This document shows, one piece after another, positions 1 through 12,800 of a stretch of DNA of 64,000 nucleotides. A program made the translations under genes and the position numbers. The notes beneath the pieces were generated by a model. It saw only the letters and a list, made by a program, of their open reading frames with translations. It searched no databases and had not been told where the DNA came from. The DNA is from Phoronis australis. Taxonomy: Eukaryota; Animalia; Phoronida. The DNA is taken from positions 1,105,235-1,169,234 of the forward strand of contig NMRA01000052.1 of assembly GCA_002633005.1 (NCBI GenBank), in the 5' to 3' direction. Positions within the stretch are counted from its first letter, which is position 1; each line of letters opens with the position of its first letter.

Positions 1-817
1 GAGGCATTAAGTCGATACACCCTCCAGATTGAATGGCACCAAGGCAATGTTCACATTAATGTATTTGCAGAAGAGGAAATGTGCTGCAATTATTGGACAG
101 GGAATCCAGTTCAGGATTTACATTGTATTGGAGCGTATCAGAAGTAGGATGATTTTGATGCACAAGTCAGGCAAATGATTTGATGTCTTTGGCTCATAAG
201 TCAGAAGTGGTCAAACTTGAGCGGGTTGGTGGGATTGGAAATGGGACAGCTATACTGACCATTGATTGTATTGACGATTCCGTGGCATTTCGAGTTGAGG
301 GTGAGGAAAACACCATGGTAAGGGGAAGCGTATGGCTTAATATGGTTGATGTTAACTCATTTAGTGACAAGGCAAGCAACACCTCTAATTATATGGTACT
401 GCAATTCATTGTGCAGGGCCCAGTTTTATCAAAGCACACACACACATGACACTGTTACACCTTAACTGGTTTTCACTGGCACACAGTTCATTCCTTACAA
501 ACCACAAGCGCATTTCCAACAATGCTAAAACGCTCTCAAATCTAAAACCAGATACTGATGGTCTTACTTCAGTACACAACAGTATCAGTTACCAAAGCTA
601 CACATACTTCAAACATTGTCAGCACTTTACTTCTGGTTTACATGACCAACTTTCTCACCTTAGAAAGTTAATCACTGACCAGCTGACCAGCATTTTCTCA
701 AATACCTTCTGGCCAACATGCCAATGAAACCCTTTAAAACTATGTAAACCATCAATGACATTGCACAACTTCTCAAATCCTACTCCAGTACAGGTAACAA
801 CTGACACACGCTGACTC

Positions 818-3800
818 TCACAGGTCTACCTCATTCATTGCGTCACCCCTACCACCAAGCATCTTCCTCAAGTCTACACCCGTTCTGTCCACCGCCATCA
901 GAGGTTTCATGGCAGCCATAAGACTGCTGTAGAGATTCGGGAATAGAACTTCTTGAGCAGCCAACAGCTGCTTCGTACGGTGTCGCTCTTTGGGTGCCTC
1001 AAAGCATGCCGGGCAATTTTCAGCAATCACTGGCAGGCAATTCTGAAACATCATGATTTCCAGTACAAACAAAAACACTGTTGACTTTAACTGCTCCAGA
1101 TTTAATTGGACTGTCAAACATAAAATTATGAATTTGAAAATGACCCCCGTATGCTTTAACAGTAACTTGAGTTGGCAGCTGATTCGGCAACAATTCAAGA
1201 ACAGATGAGCGTGGTAATGTTCTTAAACCTGGCGATGCTTCAGTTAAGAATTCAACATCGACAGTTAAACAGCAGTGGAATGCCCCAATAAGTAACAGTC
1301 AAGCAAACAAGTAACGCCAAAAGACAATTAAGTAAACTTTCAACAATTCAATCCAAAATATTGAAGACTCAAAAACGACCTACAAAAGACTAATTAACAA
1401 CACTGATACATGACTAATACAAACCTGCTCAGCAAAACTTCGCAAATCTTTTTCTCGCACATAAACAAAAGGCCTGATAACTCGCAGATCGCCTTCCCTG
1501 AAATAGACAATGATTACAACCTTTAATTCCCAACCCGCAGATATAACAAATCAAGCATTGAAACTGAGTTACAACCAACCAAAACCAAAAACCATAACAT
1601 AATTTTCAAAAGCCAACAATTACCTCGTAAGCATTCAATACAATACTTACTCCACAGTGTAATTTGCTTTCATCGTCCTCAGTGCACCGTTGTGAAACAC
1701 GGACATCAGAAAGCTACAAAAATCAACAGTAGCCATTACTAATTCGAATGCAAAATTCTCACCACAAAGCAATGTCAGAGCCGCCAGTTGATTCGCTCAC
1801 TTGGCCTTCACTCAGCCCAGTCAATTGGCCAAGACACCTGTGTGGTTTGAGAGTCAGACGTACTGTAGTCATTGGCAAAAATCAAGTGTTCTGGACAGTT
1901 GTCCATACTAACCCGGCATATATTAGGAGAGTGAATCTAGTGTAGACAAAGTAAAATGTACAAATACATACAATCACCTCATGTCAAAGAGTACAACATA
2001 TCTGCTTGATCAAACCCTGAGGTCTTGAACGAGTTCTCAGTCTGGAGACACTAAATCAGCAGAGTTTCTTTTAAGTTACTCCTGGAACAAGTTAGGTTAA
2101 ACGGTGGCGTGGAAGCTATTTGCATTGGGGCAACTTGACAAAAGTGTGACAACTTACCATGACGTAGTGTTACTTGCTTTAGGGTAACTTGCCCCAGCAC
2201 AACTTGTAGTGTGGACGGAAACCTGCTGACAAAGCTCTGTGCCTGCTCGGTTTCAGATCAATTGAAGCACCATATTTGCTACAAGGCAAAGGGATTGTGG
2301 TGTGGTGTGGACGCTCAGCTGATCGGGCACAAGTTGCTCTACAGCTAGTAGTTCTAAGGCAACTTGTAGTGTGGATATGACTCATAATTCGCATTTCATC
2401 CTTGACTGCACTAACACCTCATAATGTCTCACCTTTCAGTCAGGTCATCCAGGTGCTGACCCATGGCAAGTACATTGTAGCCCTCGCGACGTGCGCAGGC
2501 GTAAATCCGGCCACGCTTCATGCGGCTACAGAAGCTACAAATGGAGGCGCATCCATCAGGCAAGTTGGAGGCCGTGTCCAGAATACCTACAAGAGTGACT
2601 GCATATGTGGGAAACTGTCTTGCCCATAGTCACATGTCATTGGAACCTGAACAGACCTACTCTGACAATGAGTCGGCATAAGATAACAACGTTATCACTG
2701 AGGCTAATCAAAAGTCTAGTAATTACCCAAAACAGGCAGTGCACCAATGTGGCAGCATCTGTAACTAATAAGGAAATGAAATTTCTTATTTTCCACAAAT
2801 ATTTCAAAATTAAGACATGGCTAGAATAAAAGCAAACTGACTTGTCTTTTAATTTATGTCATGAAAATGGTCAGGTGTGTGACCTTTGACTCTTTAGCTT
2901 TCAACTCGGATCAGTTAGTTATCACTTTCTATCCTCTCATTGTTAAATGGCCATTTGACCAACAAGTGTCATCTGGCAAAATTCAGGCTGTACGCTGTGT
3001 CCTCAGTTTTGTCCTTCAGGACTGGTACTTCGTGTGGTGAAGTTGCACTTATTGTTTACCCTGATTTCCAGAGTTATTTGAAATTTTAAGCTAAAGGCTT
3101 GAGAGCTTCACCGTGTAAATTTGAGTATTAATTCTGAGTGATTAAGACTATACATAGTAACTAGTGTACTTGAAAACAAAGCCTTGTTCCCGAGAGTGAG
3201 TCTAATGAAAAAACCTTTCTTCATCACAGTGACACCCAGCTGTAGCTGAGAAGACCGACATAAAGGCGATGCATATGGAGAATCTACTACACCAGAGCGT
3301 ATTAGGAAGTCTTTCAAGTATTTAGTAACTCGGGGACGTTCACAACACTTACACTGCTCTTCATAAAAATATGGCACACTGAGGCTAGCTGTGTATTGTT
3401 TCAGCGGACTAGGATCATATGACGAGGTCTGTGGGTCCACCGTCACAGCGCCAAGTTGAAATTCAATGCCCTGAAATACAAACATATTTTCTTGATTACT
3501 TAGCTCACTGTATCCCTAGAGCTGTTCTGCTCCAGCACAGCTCTCTGAACCACTCAGCATTAGAAACTGCCCATTTCATGGCACCTTGAACTTAATCGAC
3601 AGATCTGTACAATTCCTGCTGCCATCAAGACACTCGTTTACCAGCCAGATAACTTTACTTTATGTTCATGCTGACTTTGAACACAGCAGTTAGTTAACAT
3701 GACATTCCTCTGACTAAAAGCTTTTTGCAGAAACCAGGTAGTTTATGCCACATGACTAACGGTTGGGTCTACCAAGACCTCCAGCGTGCACGTGCCTATT

Positions 3801-6800
3801 CACCTATGTAAACTACGTGCATGCCTGTGTACCTTATAAGAACTTCAAGAACTCACCTTGCTCTTACAGTAGAACTGGTACTGCTTCAAGCAATGCAACA
3901 GAGAGAGTGAGTCCTTCCCTCCAGACAGACAGACCAATACTCGGTCTCCGTTATGAATCATCGAGTACTCTTCCAGGGCTTCCACTGTCGGCTTGAAAAT
4001 CTTTTTAGGAGGTGAGCACCATTTAGTCCTCCGCACACGATTTAGTTTACCACCGCCTTTGTTTGGCACAGATAGTACATTCACCTCCTCAACAGCATTA
4101 GTATACTCTGAATGTCTTGAGATCATTCCTGGATGTACATCACAACTAAAACAGTAACTGTAATCTTGCGCCTGCTCAAGAGCAGAATTACTCAAGCCTT
4201 CTGACTGGTTGCCAGATAAATCTTGGTGAGCCAATGAATTGCAGGTCTGATGTTGCCCATCTGCAGAACCATTAGCAATGCAACTTGCTGCAGTCTGGGG
4301 GGACATACTCAACTCTGCATATGCGTTCGGTAAAGCATCAGCTTCTCGTGAAGAATGCACAGTACTCTTGCTTTTGTTCTCTTCACTTCCTATTGCAGCA
4401 CCAGAACTCATCACAGACACAGGCTCATCAGGTTGCTGACATATGTTATCACTTTGTAGATCATGCTGATTCACAGTAATATCCTTATTGCACTTTTCTG
4501 CATCCATTTCGTTTTCCGCACTTTTGCTGCTAATAGTAACACCAGTCACCCTGCTCTCGTACACTCTTCCTTTTCCCACAAATAAATCCGGAGGAGTGAA
4601 TGGTGGTTGGTGTTTGACAGGTGCACTGTCAGCTGGGTTCTGTAAATAGTCACGTGCTTCACTGGGCAGAAGAAACCAACGAATCGACTGTGCACTGGAG
4701 TCGAATAAAAGTGTCTGGTCTGCAAGCTGAACTCGAACTTTGCTCGCTTCGTTAAAAACATTAATAGCCATTTCCAGACATTCCTGAAAATTCAAATAAT
4801 TGAATATTACACATTACAAAAATAACAAGGAGCTGACCCTTCCGTAGCAAGGATTATGTCACACACTAAAAATATCTAAAATATAGTATTAGATAACTTG
4901 AGAAAAACATTCGACACTCTAGCCTTTCCAAAACCCACACATAAGTTGGGCAACAAAATAAAACGATAATCTATGGGACACTAATATCACGCAGATGACA
5001 TAAAAAGATAATGAACAAAAATAAAACACGTGCTCTATGTCAAAAACTCCTTAATCACCCATGCATAACTAAGAAGTTAATTACCACTTTGGAAAACTGG
5101 CAAATAATAATTTTACATTTTTTATTTAAAGTTTGGGACTTAAGAAGACCTCAAGTATGCATGTGACTATTCGTGTAATAAGAATTGCTAATTAACATAA
5201 GAGATTGAGGCAGAAATACGTTTAGAGGATGACATGCTTTTATTTTAACCTATTTTTGAAGATTCGAAATTTTTCCGTTGCACAACTATCCACTGGTTTG
5301 GGACTAACTGCGAAAATCCCAAAACGGATCTCCAGCTTTTCACCAACAAATGGACATGGCAGGAGAAGTGAAGAAAATGAAAAATAAAGATTTTGGTCTT
5401 CAGGCTTAAACACAAGTACATGCACTGTTGCTTCAATTTGTTACCTTCAAGCTCTGTGGGAGGGGTCCTTTCATGGGTGCTTGTGGCTCAGGAAAGGTCA
5501 TATGACCAGAAGCGTAGCTGATGGAGCCCAGCCACTTCCTGTCCTTGAACACCTGATGGTGTCGATGGCGCCACTCTCCTGTCTCCGGATTGAAAATGTA
5601 CTGAAATGAAACAAAGCTGCCATGGTAAAGTAATGCGAGACAATCGTGAACCAAAAAAAGAATTGAATATACACCAAGTAAAGAACTATGAAGAGAAAAT
5701 ATGGTACAAGCCAAAAGTGTTCAGACAAAATGATCCAAATTACCCCACAACGGCAGCTGGGTCTAAGCCGAATTTTATCGTCAGAGTGGTCTTCCCTCAT
5801 GTTTGACAATGAAGAGGAATGACAACGAAAGTTAAAAAGGTGACTTAAGCCATTCTGTAATAGATTTTTGTCGCCCAAATAGTTATTGCCAGTCATTTTT
5901 GCTGTTAAAGAAATTACATATCATTACGGAAAATGGCATTTTGTCTGATTACCTTTGTCTTGTAATGTACGTTATCCATTTTAAGTGCTACTGTAATAGC
6001 TTCCTTGCACATTGCAGAGCAGTGTGAATCACAGATCACTGCTGGCCATGATTACATAATCACGTCCACTTCTAGAAACTATTCCGAGATCTAAAGGCAA
6101 GCTTGAGCGATACAGCTTTTTTTTAATGATTTTCCAATGCTGAATTATATACAATTTTATGTTACGGTGACGGTGACCAATAAGAGCAACTCATGGTTAC
6201 CGTAGTTACTTGATCCTATAAGATACTCCCGTTAAGGTAGCCACACACTATGAAGAATTGTTTGCACGTACTTAGTGTGCAGGCTGTATTGAGTTTTGGA
6301 CCTAAACTGGCACAGAATTGGCTGCATTTTCCGAAGCTGAGGACTTCTGTCAAGTTTACTAATGCTTGACCCGAGGCCCAAATATAACCACGTGTGTGCA
6401 ACCAATTACTCGTGTGTGCGTACTCTCTCCTGTAGTACAACTAGCCATGTGACATGCCAGCTGATAACACTAAGATCTGGTAGCAGCGCTGCCTCCAGAG
6501 TAGCACCATGCGTGGACAAACTGTGCAGTTTAGCAATGGACACACAAAGATTTGGACGCAGCAGTTGCTGCACTGCGAACCATTACCAGGGCTAGCATTC
6601 AACAAACTTCAGCCACCACTCCTTGTAATATACGACTACCACTACAGAAGCACATAAAGCCAAACCCATACAACACCGACCTGAGGTAACATTTTCCAGC
6701 CATGTTCAGCCACAAGCTTGACAGCTGTCAGAACAAAATCCGCGGTCTCGTCACTCATGAAGAATGGCAGGTTTAGCCGTACAAAACCTGGTCTGAAATT

Positions 6801-9800
6801 TCAATAATACATCCTGTTAAATAAAAGATTACTCTCACACACTTGTATAGAAGTTCCTATAGACGCTTCAAACATGATACAGGAAACACTTATAAGTACC
6901 AGAAATAACAACAGATAATGTGGCAAATGACATAAGACCAAAAACAATACAAATCGATCATATTTTTTTAAGAGTAGGAATTCAGCATCTGTATAACTTT
7001 TTGGCATTTTATCTACGAAATCCAACATGCAAAGAAACATCATAATGAAAAGAGCTAATTCAGTATACAGCTCCCACTTTGCTACCATGGCAACTTTTGA
7101 AGACCATACCATTTTTACCCTACCAAATGAAATGATTAATTTTCCCTGAAGAATAATTTCAGTTGATCAACGTTACACAATTCAGACTTAAACAAAAATT
7201 ACACAAAAGCTTTATACTAAACCAAACTATTTGACAAAAAGATTGGGAGGCAGACATAGAACTTCTTTTACCATTCTTCCACACTATTTATAATTTTTTG
7301 ACTAGTGGTTTCTTAAAATAGAAGACAAATTCCAACTACTAAACAAAGTCCACTTGGCTAGCTAGTTACCTCAAAATTTCTGTCTCTGAGTACTCTCTGT
7401 ATCGTCTGAGGTGAGTACGATCTAGTCTACTGTCTTCTGCTAAGATAGTCTCAATCTGTTCGGAGAGCTCTTCGTCAATTCCAAGTAGATCCTGTAATGT
7501 AGAGACACTCCACAAATAATGAAAATAACCTGAATTTGAGTCAACACATTTTCTTCAGAAATTACCTCTTTCCGCCATCTTTTTACAAAATTCAGTATTA
7601 GTAATCAATATATTAAGCTGATGTCTTTCTAAACCGCTCTGAGGTGGTGGTGCGTTACAACTATTATTAAAATCTCTTGGTCTGTTTATACCGACCTCTT
7701 GTCTATTTACATTGTCACGACGTTTTGGTTGGTCTATTCCCCGGCAATCGTCGGGTGTTCCTGCGTTCTTAGAAAATGTATAATCCAAAAATCACACAAT
7801 CATAAGAATACCACATATCCATACCTGTTCTTCTAAGAACGCATCAACACCTGACGATGGCCAGAGAATAGACCGACCAAAATGTCGCGACAATGTAAAT
7901 AGACAAGAGGTCGGTGTAAATAGACCAAGAGATTTTAATAATAGTTGTAACATATTAAGCTGTATTTTGCCTTGCTTAGCTGGATAAAAACAAAATTGAA
8001 TTAGGCCTTTTACTCAAATAAAATCAGTCTAATATTCCCTAACATAGCAGGCTTCCATTTGCATTACCAATAAAACCGAAAGAATTGATGACTCAAGAAA
8101 ATACTTCATAATTTATTGGGATTATCCAACCCTAAAATATTCAATTCGAAATTAGAGGATGTACAAAATGCTGGTAACTAGACTTGGTAATGGATATAGA
8201 ATCCTATCATGGTAAAGACTATAATGAGAGTAAAAGCCTTAATTCAATTTTCATTTTCAGTCGGCTAAACAAAGCGAAACGCAGCTTTAACTATCCAGTC
8301 ACTATATTTTGAAACATTCACATCTGATAATCATCATTAACTACACGTTTATGCAAAACAATCAAACGGTGAAAACCATAGCAACAACACTCGTGAGGTG
8401 GCAAATATCTGCTTGCACTGTTCACTTATTTCTGTGGAGCACTAACAGCTGCTTTTCACCATAAACTACTTTTCACTACGTACCTGTGCGTAGGGGCCAG
8501 CGCAGGCGCAACCTCCTCTGGTCTGGATACCAAACATGTCGTTGAGAAGAGAGCTGACAAAGTTGTGATGGAGGAAGAGACCGTTGGCGCCGTGACGCAC
8601 CAAGAATGAGAAGACAGGCAGGCGAGGGGTGGTGGTGTTCCCTAGCAGGATGAGATTGGAGCACCCACACCAGGCTTGCAACGCTCGCCTGAGGACAAAC
8701 TCATGCTATTATTATAACTTTTTGGTTTTCACACATCCAAGGTTCACAATCAACTTCCATCAATTCAAATTAAATTTTCAATTTACTAAATCTATTACTT
8801 TCCAACGATTTCAGACAAAATTCATTAAACACACGGCAATGATGAATGAATTTTGCAACTACACAATGATTTCCATTACAACTTAATTTTCAGAGTTTAA
8901 TTAACTATGATTATTTTAGTTTCAAATTATTAAAAAATTGAAATTATTGCAATGTCCATTCACACACCAAACAGATAAGATGGTAGATAACAGGTAACAC
9001 ATTAATTGTACCTACACACCCCTACATTTACATCATCCCATGCTTTCATTAATGCAATTTTCTACTCATTTCCCATCCGAGGTGATAGCAGCTAATTATT
9101 CGCCTGCTATAAATTTCACACAAGTCTTCATTCATAGTTGGGTGCCCCCTCCGCCACACCTCCACCTACCTACACAGTCTGTCCTCCCTCTGCATTATCA
9201 CCTGTGACGACACTGCCTCCTTCAACTGAAACACCAAACCCGCCCTCACAGACTCCACAATGGCTGGAGTACCCCCTTCCTCTCTCATCTCAACCTCCTG
9301 CAGGTAACGATGGCCATTCCTCCGCACCTGGCAAATTTTTTAGGACAAAATAATAATAATTAACGAAATAAAAAATAAATGAAAATATGTTGTTAATTTT
9401 ACAATTGCAGGACTTAAAACCAAAAAACGCCAAGGCTAAGGTAAAAGAAACAATAAGGAGCATATTGTGAGTGCATATGTACCAACAACTCCCATAATTC
9501 AACACTACGAGTAGCCATCCAATCATCTTTCAGCAGCAGACATGTTGCTTAGTAAGAGGCTAGAGAGGTCACATGTGTGACTTTGCCAAACTCAGATGAT
9601 ACTGGAGTCAGCGAACACACAACAGCTGCATCAACTGTTAATTTTAGAAACCATTTATGAACTACTTACATAAAAGACAGAGCCTCCTCCACAGTTGGAT
9701 GGTACGGGGTTCTTGAAAAGAGATTTCTTGGCTACCAGCACACCTATTCAGAAATAAACTGAATGTTTCACCAAGACCAAACACCGGCACATCATTCATC

Positions 9801-12800
9801 TTATCACATATACACACGATTCTTCAGTAAGATAAGACAAGTGTTCAAGTGGAGGAAAGAAAGAGCTTGTGAGAGGCATTGAGAAAGTAGACAGAGGGGA
9901 AGGACACTACAAGGAAAGAGGGCAGGCGAAGACAAGGGAGAAGATAGAGTGAGGATGGAAAAAGGAGATATGAGGGAACGAGTTGAAAGGGAGAGTGTGA
10001 GAAAAAAAAAATAAGGGCTTGCACAACAAACACTATTAGCAATAAAACAGCATCAATTGATCAATCAGTAACAGAGCGGATACAAAAAAAAGTTTGGAAC
10101 ACCAAGTGAAAATGAAATTCAGAGCCTTCATTTTTAAGGGTAAATTTCATATCATACACGGAACACTGCCTGTACCGAACAAGCTTAATGAGTTACTATC
10201 ATGGGTGACATATTCCACCCCATGGGCCAGGTTGTACAGTAACTTCAATTCTATCCAGATTCTCTACATTGATGAGTAGGGCGCATACCAAAACTAATCG
10301 GCAAAGTTTCCCCATCAACTCCATTTACAGCAAAAATGATGGCAAGACGAGATCAGATTTCACCTGGTCAACATGCTAGCTTCTTCACAGTCGTCATATC
10401 TGGGATCTAATCTTGATATGAACCATACTTGATGATTCTCATGATTCTAACCTGGAGTTTGCACTCCACCCACAAATTTGTGGGTGGAAATGAAGACAGC
10501 ATCCTTAGACATGTCACCGGCCACCTCAGAGACGGGATGCATGTTGATCTGGATGTGGGGTCCTGCAGTGGCATAGTCCCAGAAGGCTAGCGCCCCGTAT
10601 TGGTGGAGCATGGAACTAATGGCATTGACATCAGACAGGATTCCTGTTACATTTGATGCCGCTGAGAAACATCCAATAAGCTGCTTGTTGGATGACTTCC
10701 ACTTCTGGAAATACAAAGTAAATCAACATGAAAATCACTAAGGCACAGAAAAGAAACACATTGGAGACGGCTTAACGTCATATCCTCGGTTTCGACGTAA
10801 ATTATGATAACAAGCAGGATATTCCATTAAGCGGGTTCCAATTTGTCACAGATTGTAATTACTGGACTTGCTTAGTGTTGAGAGGAGTGAGACAGCTAAA
10901 GAGGAAATGACGGTCCCCCCTGGCACAGAGTTCTGATAAGGCAAATGAGCAGCAGATGAATTGGGTTGGTTTATAGATGGAAATGCAAAGGTAATTAGAG
11001 GGTGACTTTTAATGATGATACACATGGTGGCAATAAATCGTGACATTATGCCAGTTATTTTCAAGCTATTAACAGAAATGATTAAATTTTTGACAGAACA
11101 TAATAACCAGGATATTCTATTATCTGGTATGACATTAAGTGGGCTCCACTTTATTAGGTATGCACTATAATACTTTCTGAAAATATCTCTGCTTAAACAC
11201 AGCTTAAGGCACTGCTCCGCTACCCTCCATTATGGTGAGGACAACACCGGAGACCGAGGGGTGTCTGGTCAACTGTTACAATTATCAGTTGTTGCGTGAC
11301 AATCAAAAACACAAATTCATTTCGTCCACCGCTTCGAAATTTCCCAAAAAAATTGATATGTTACATCACCATTAAATGAACAACTAATCAAACACACCAA
11401 CTTCCCATTACACTAGTCAAACTGCAACAGTTGACTTCTCCAGGTTTTGTGCAACCCCACACAGATGAATTCACGCGAAAAATTGGGAAGTGAACAACAA
11501 TTGCCACTCTGTACACTAAACCTCACAAAATTCTGACCGTCGTAAGTGCGATGTAGACCACAATGTACCACTCTTCATATACCCAGTAACACAATACATG
11601 CATGACCTAAGACAATTATGTCCATTTACCGTCAACTCCGTTTCAAGATGTAACATGTCAATAAGTCCGTCTGGTGTCTGCGATATTCTCACCACCTGTG
11701 CACCCAGCTCTCTCCATGGCAACAAGTTGGAATGGTGCTCGTATGGTCCCACAAACACTACCTACATGGATGGATGATATGGATGCAAAAACTTAAGTTG
11801 AAGCTGAATGGCATCACTTGCACATATACACAGGCAACTGCAAAACCGTACTCCTGATTAGCAAATTTATGAATCATTTCAACCAACATTAAATTACAGA
11901 CAGCAGAAATAGGTCTTCTGTATCTTTGATTATTTGCCATCGAATTTTGTATCTGGGCTCAAAATGTGCTTTTGATCGCGCGAACATGTGTCGTGGGTAT
12001 GCGTGCACATGCGTAGGTGTGTGTGTGTGAATTGAATGAGTCAATTGACATATTCTCCTTTATTTGTACAGATATAAGTCACAATAAACTATTAGAGTAA
12101 AAAAAATAAATAAGTCACAATCTTAGACTTAACATCTAGCTTACAGGCTTGTAATTAGCAAAAATTGGTGATGCAAAATTTAGAGATTACAAAAATATTT
12201 CGATACTACTATTGTGGCAGTTGAAATGCTTTTTTCTCACATGCAGCATGGTTAAGAAAGTGTAACACTAAAACCTAATGACAACTTGACGGTCACTAGG
12301 GTCTCCTTACTTACCGGCGACATTTTTAAGTGCATGGCGTGAATAAGTTTGTGTACTGTTGCTGTGCAACCACTTCCTGCAAAGATGACAGCATCGTGCT
12401 CACTGGCGTTGACAGCATTACGAATAATGTCCCTGAAAAGGAAAACCACCTGATCCATACATGCAATTCAGGATGTTAAAAGTGGAATTTGGATTGAACA
12501 AAGACAACAAATAAAAATGAAAAAGCTAAACCTGAAGTTCTTGGAAGTTGTTTCTAACAAATTGGAGTGCCTTTAAGACACTTTTATACATCCTCCAAGT
12601 TTATTGATAGGTACAGAAGCAAGACATATTGAAGACTTGAAGATGTGTTTATGGGATTGGAGACCTGCTTATTAATACAAAGTAAACAGCCACTCAAAAG
12701 ATTCATTTTTTTTTCTGAACTGCAAAAAAACAAGTTTCCCCTTAAAATTGAATTTCCAAAGTCACCTAAGTCGTGACACAACTGAAACGATATTGTGACT

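Noticed and set aside
1-760. Short ORFs at 180-449, 194-382 and 446-727; possible decayed retroelement
   Set aside because: No recognisable motif or consistent frame; could be 3'UTR or decayed repeat.
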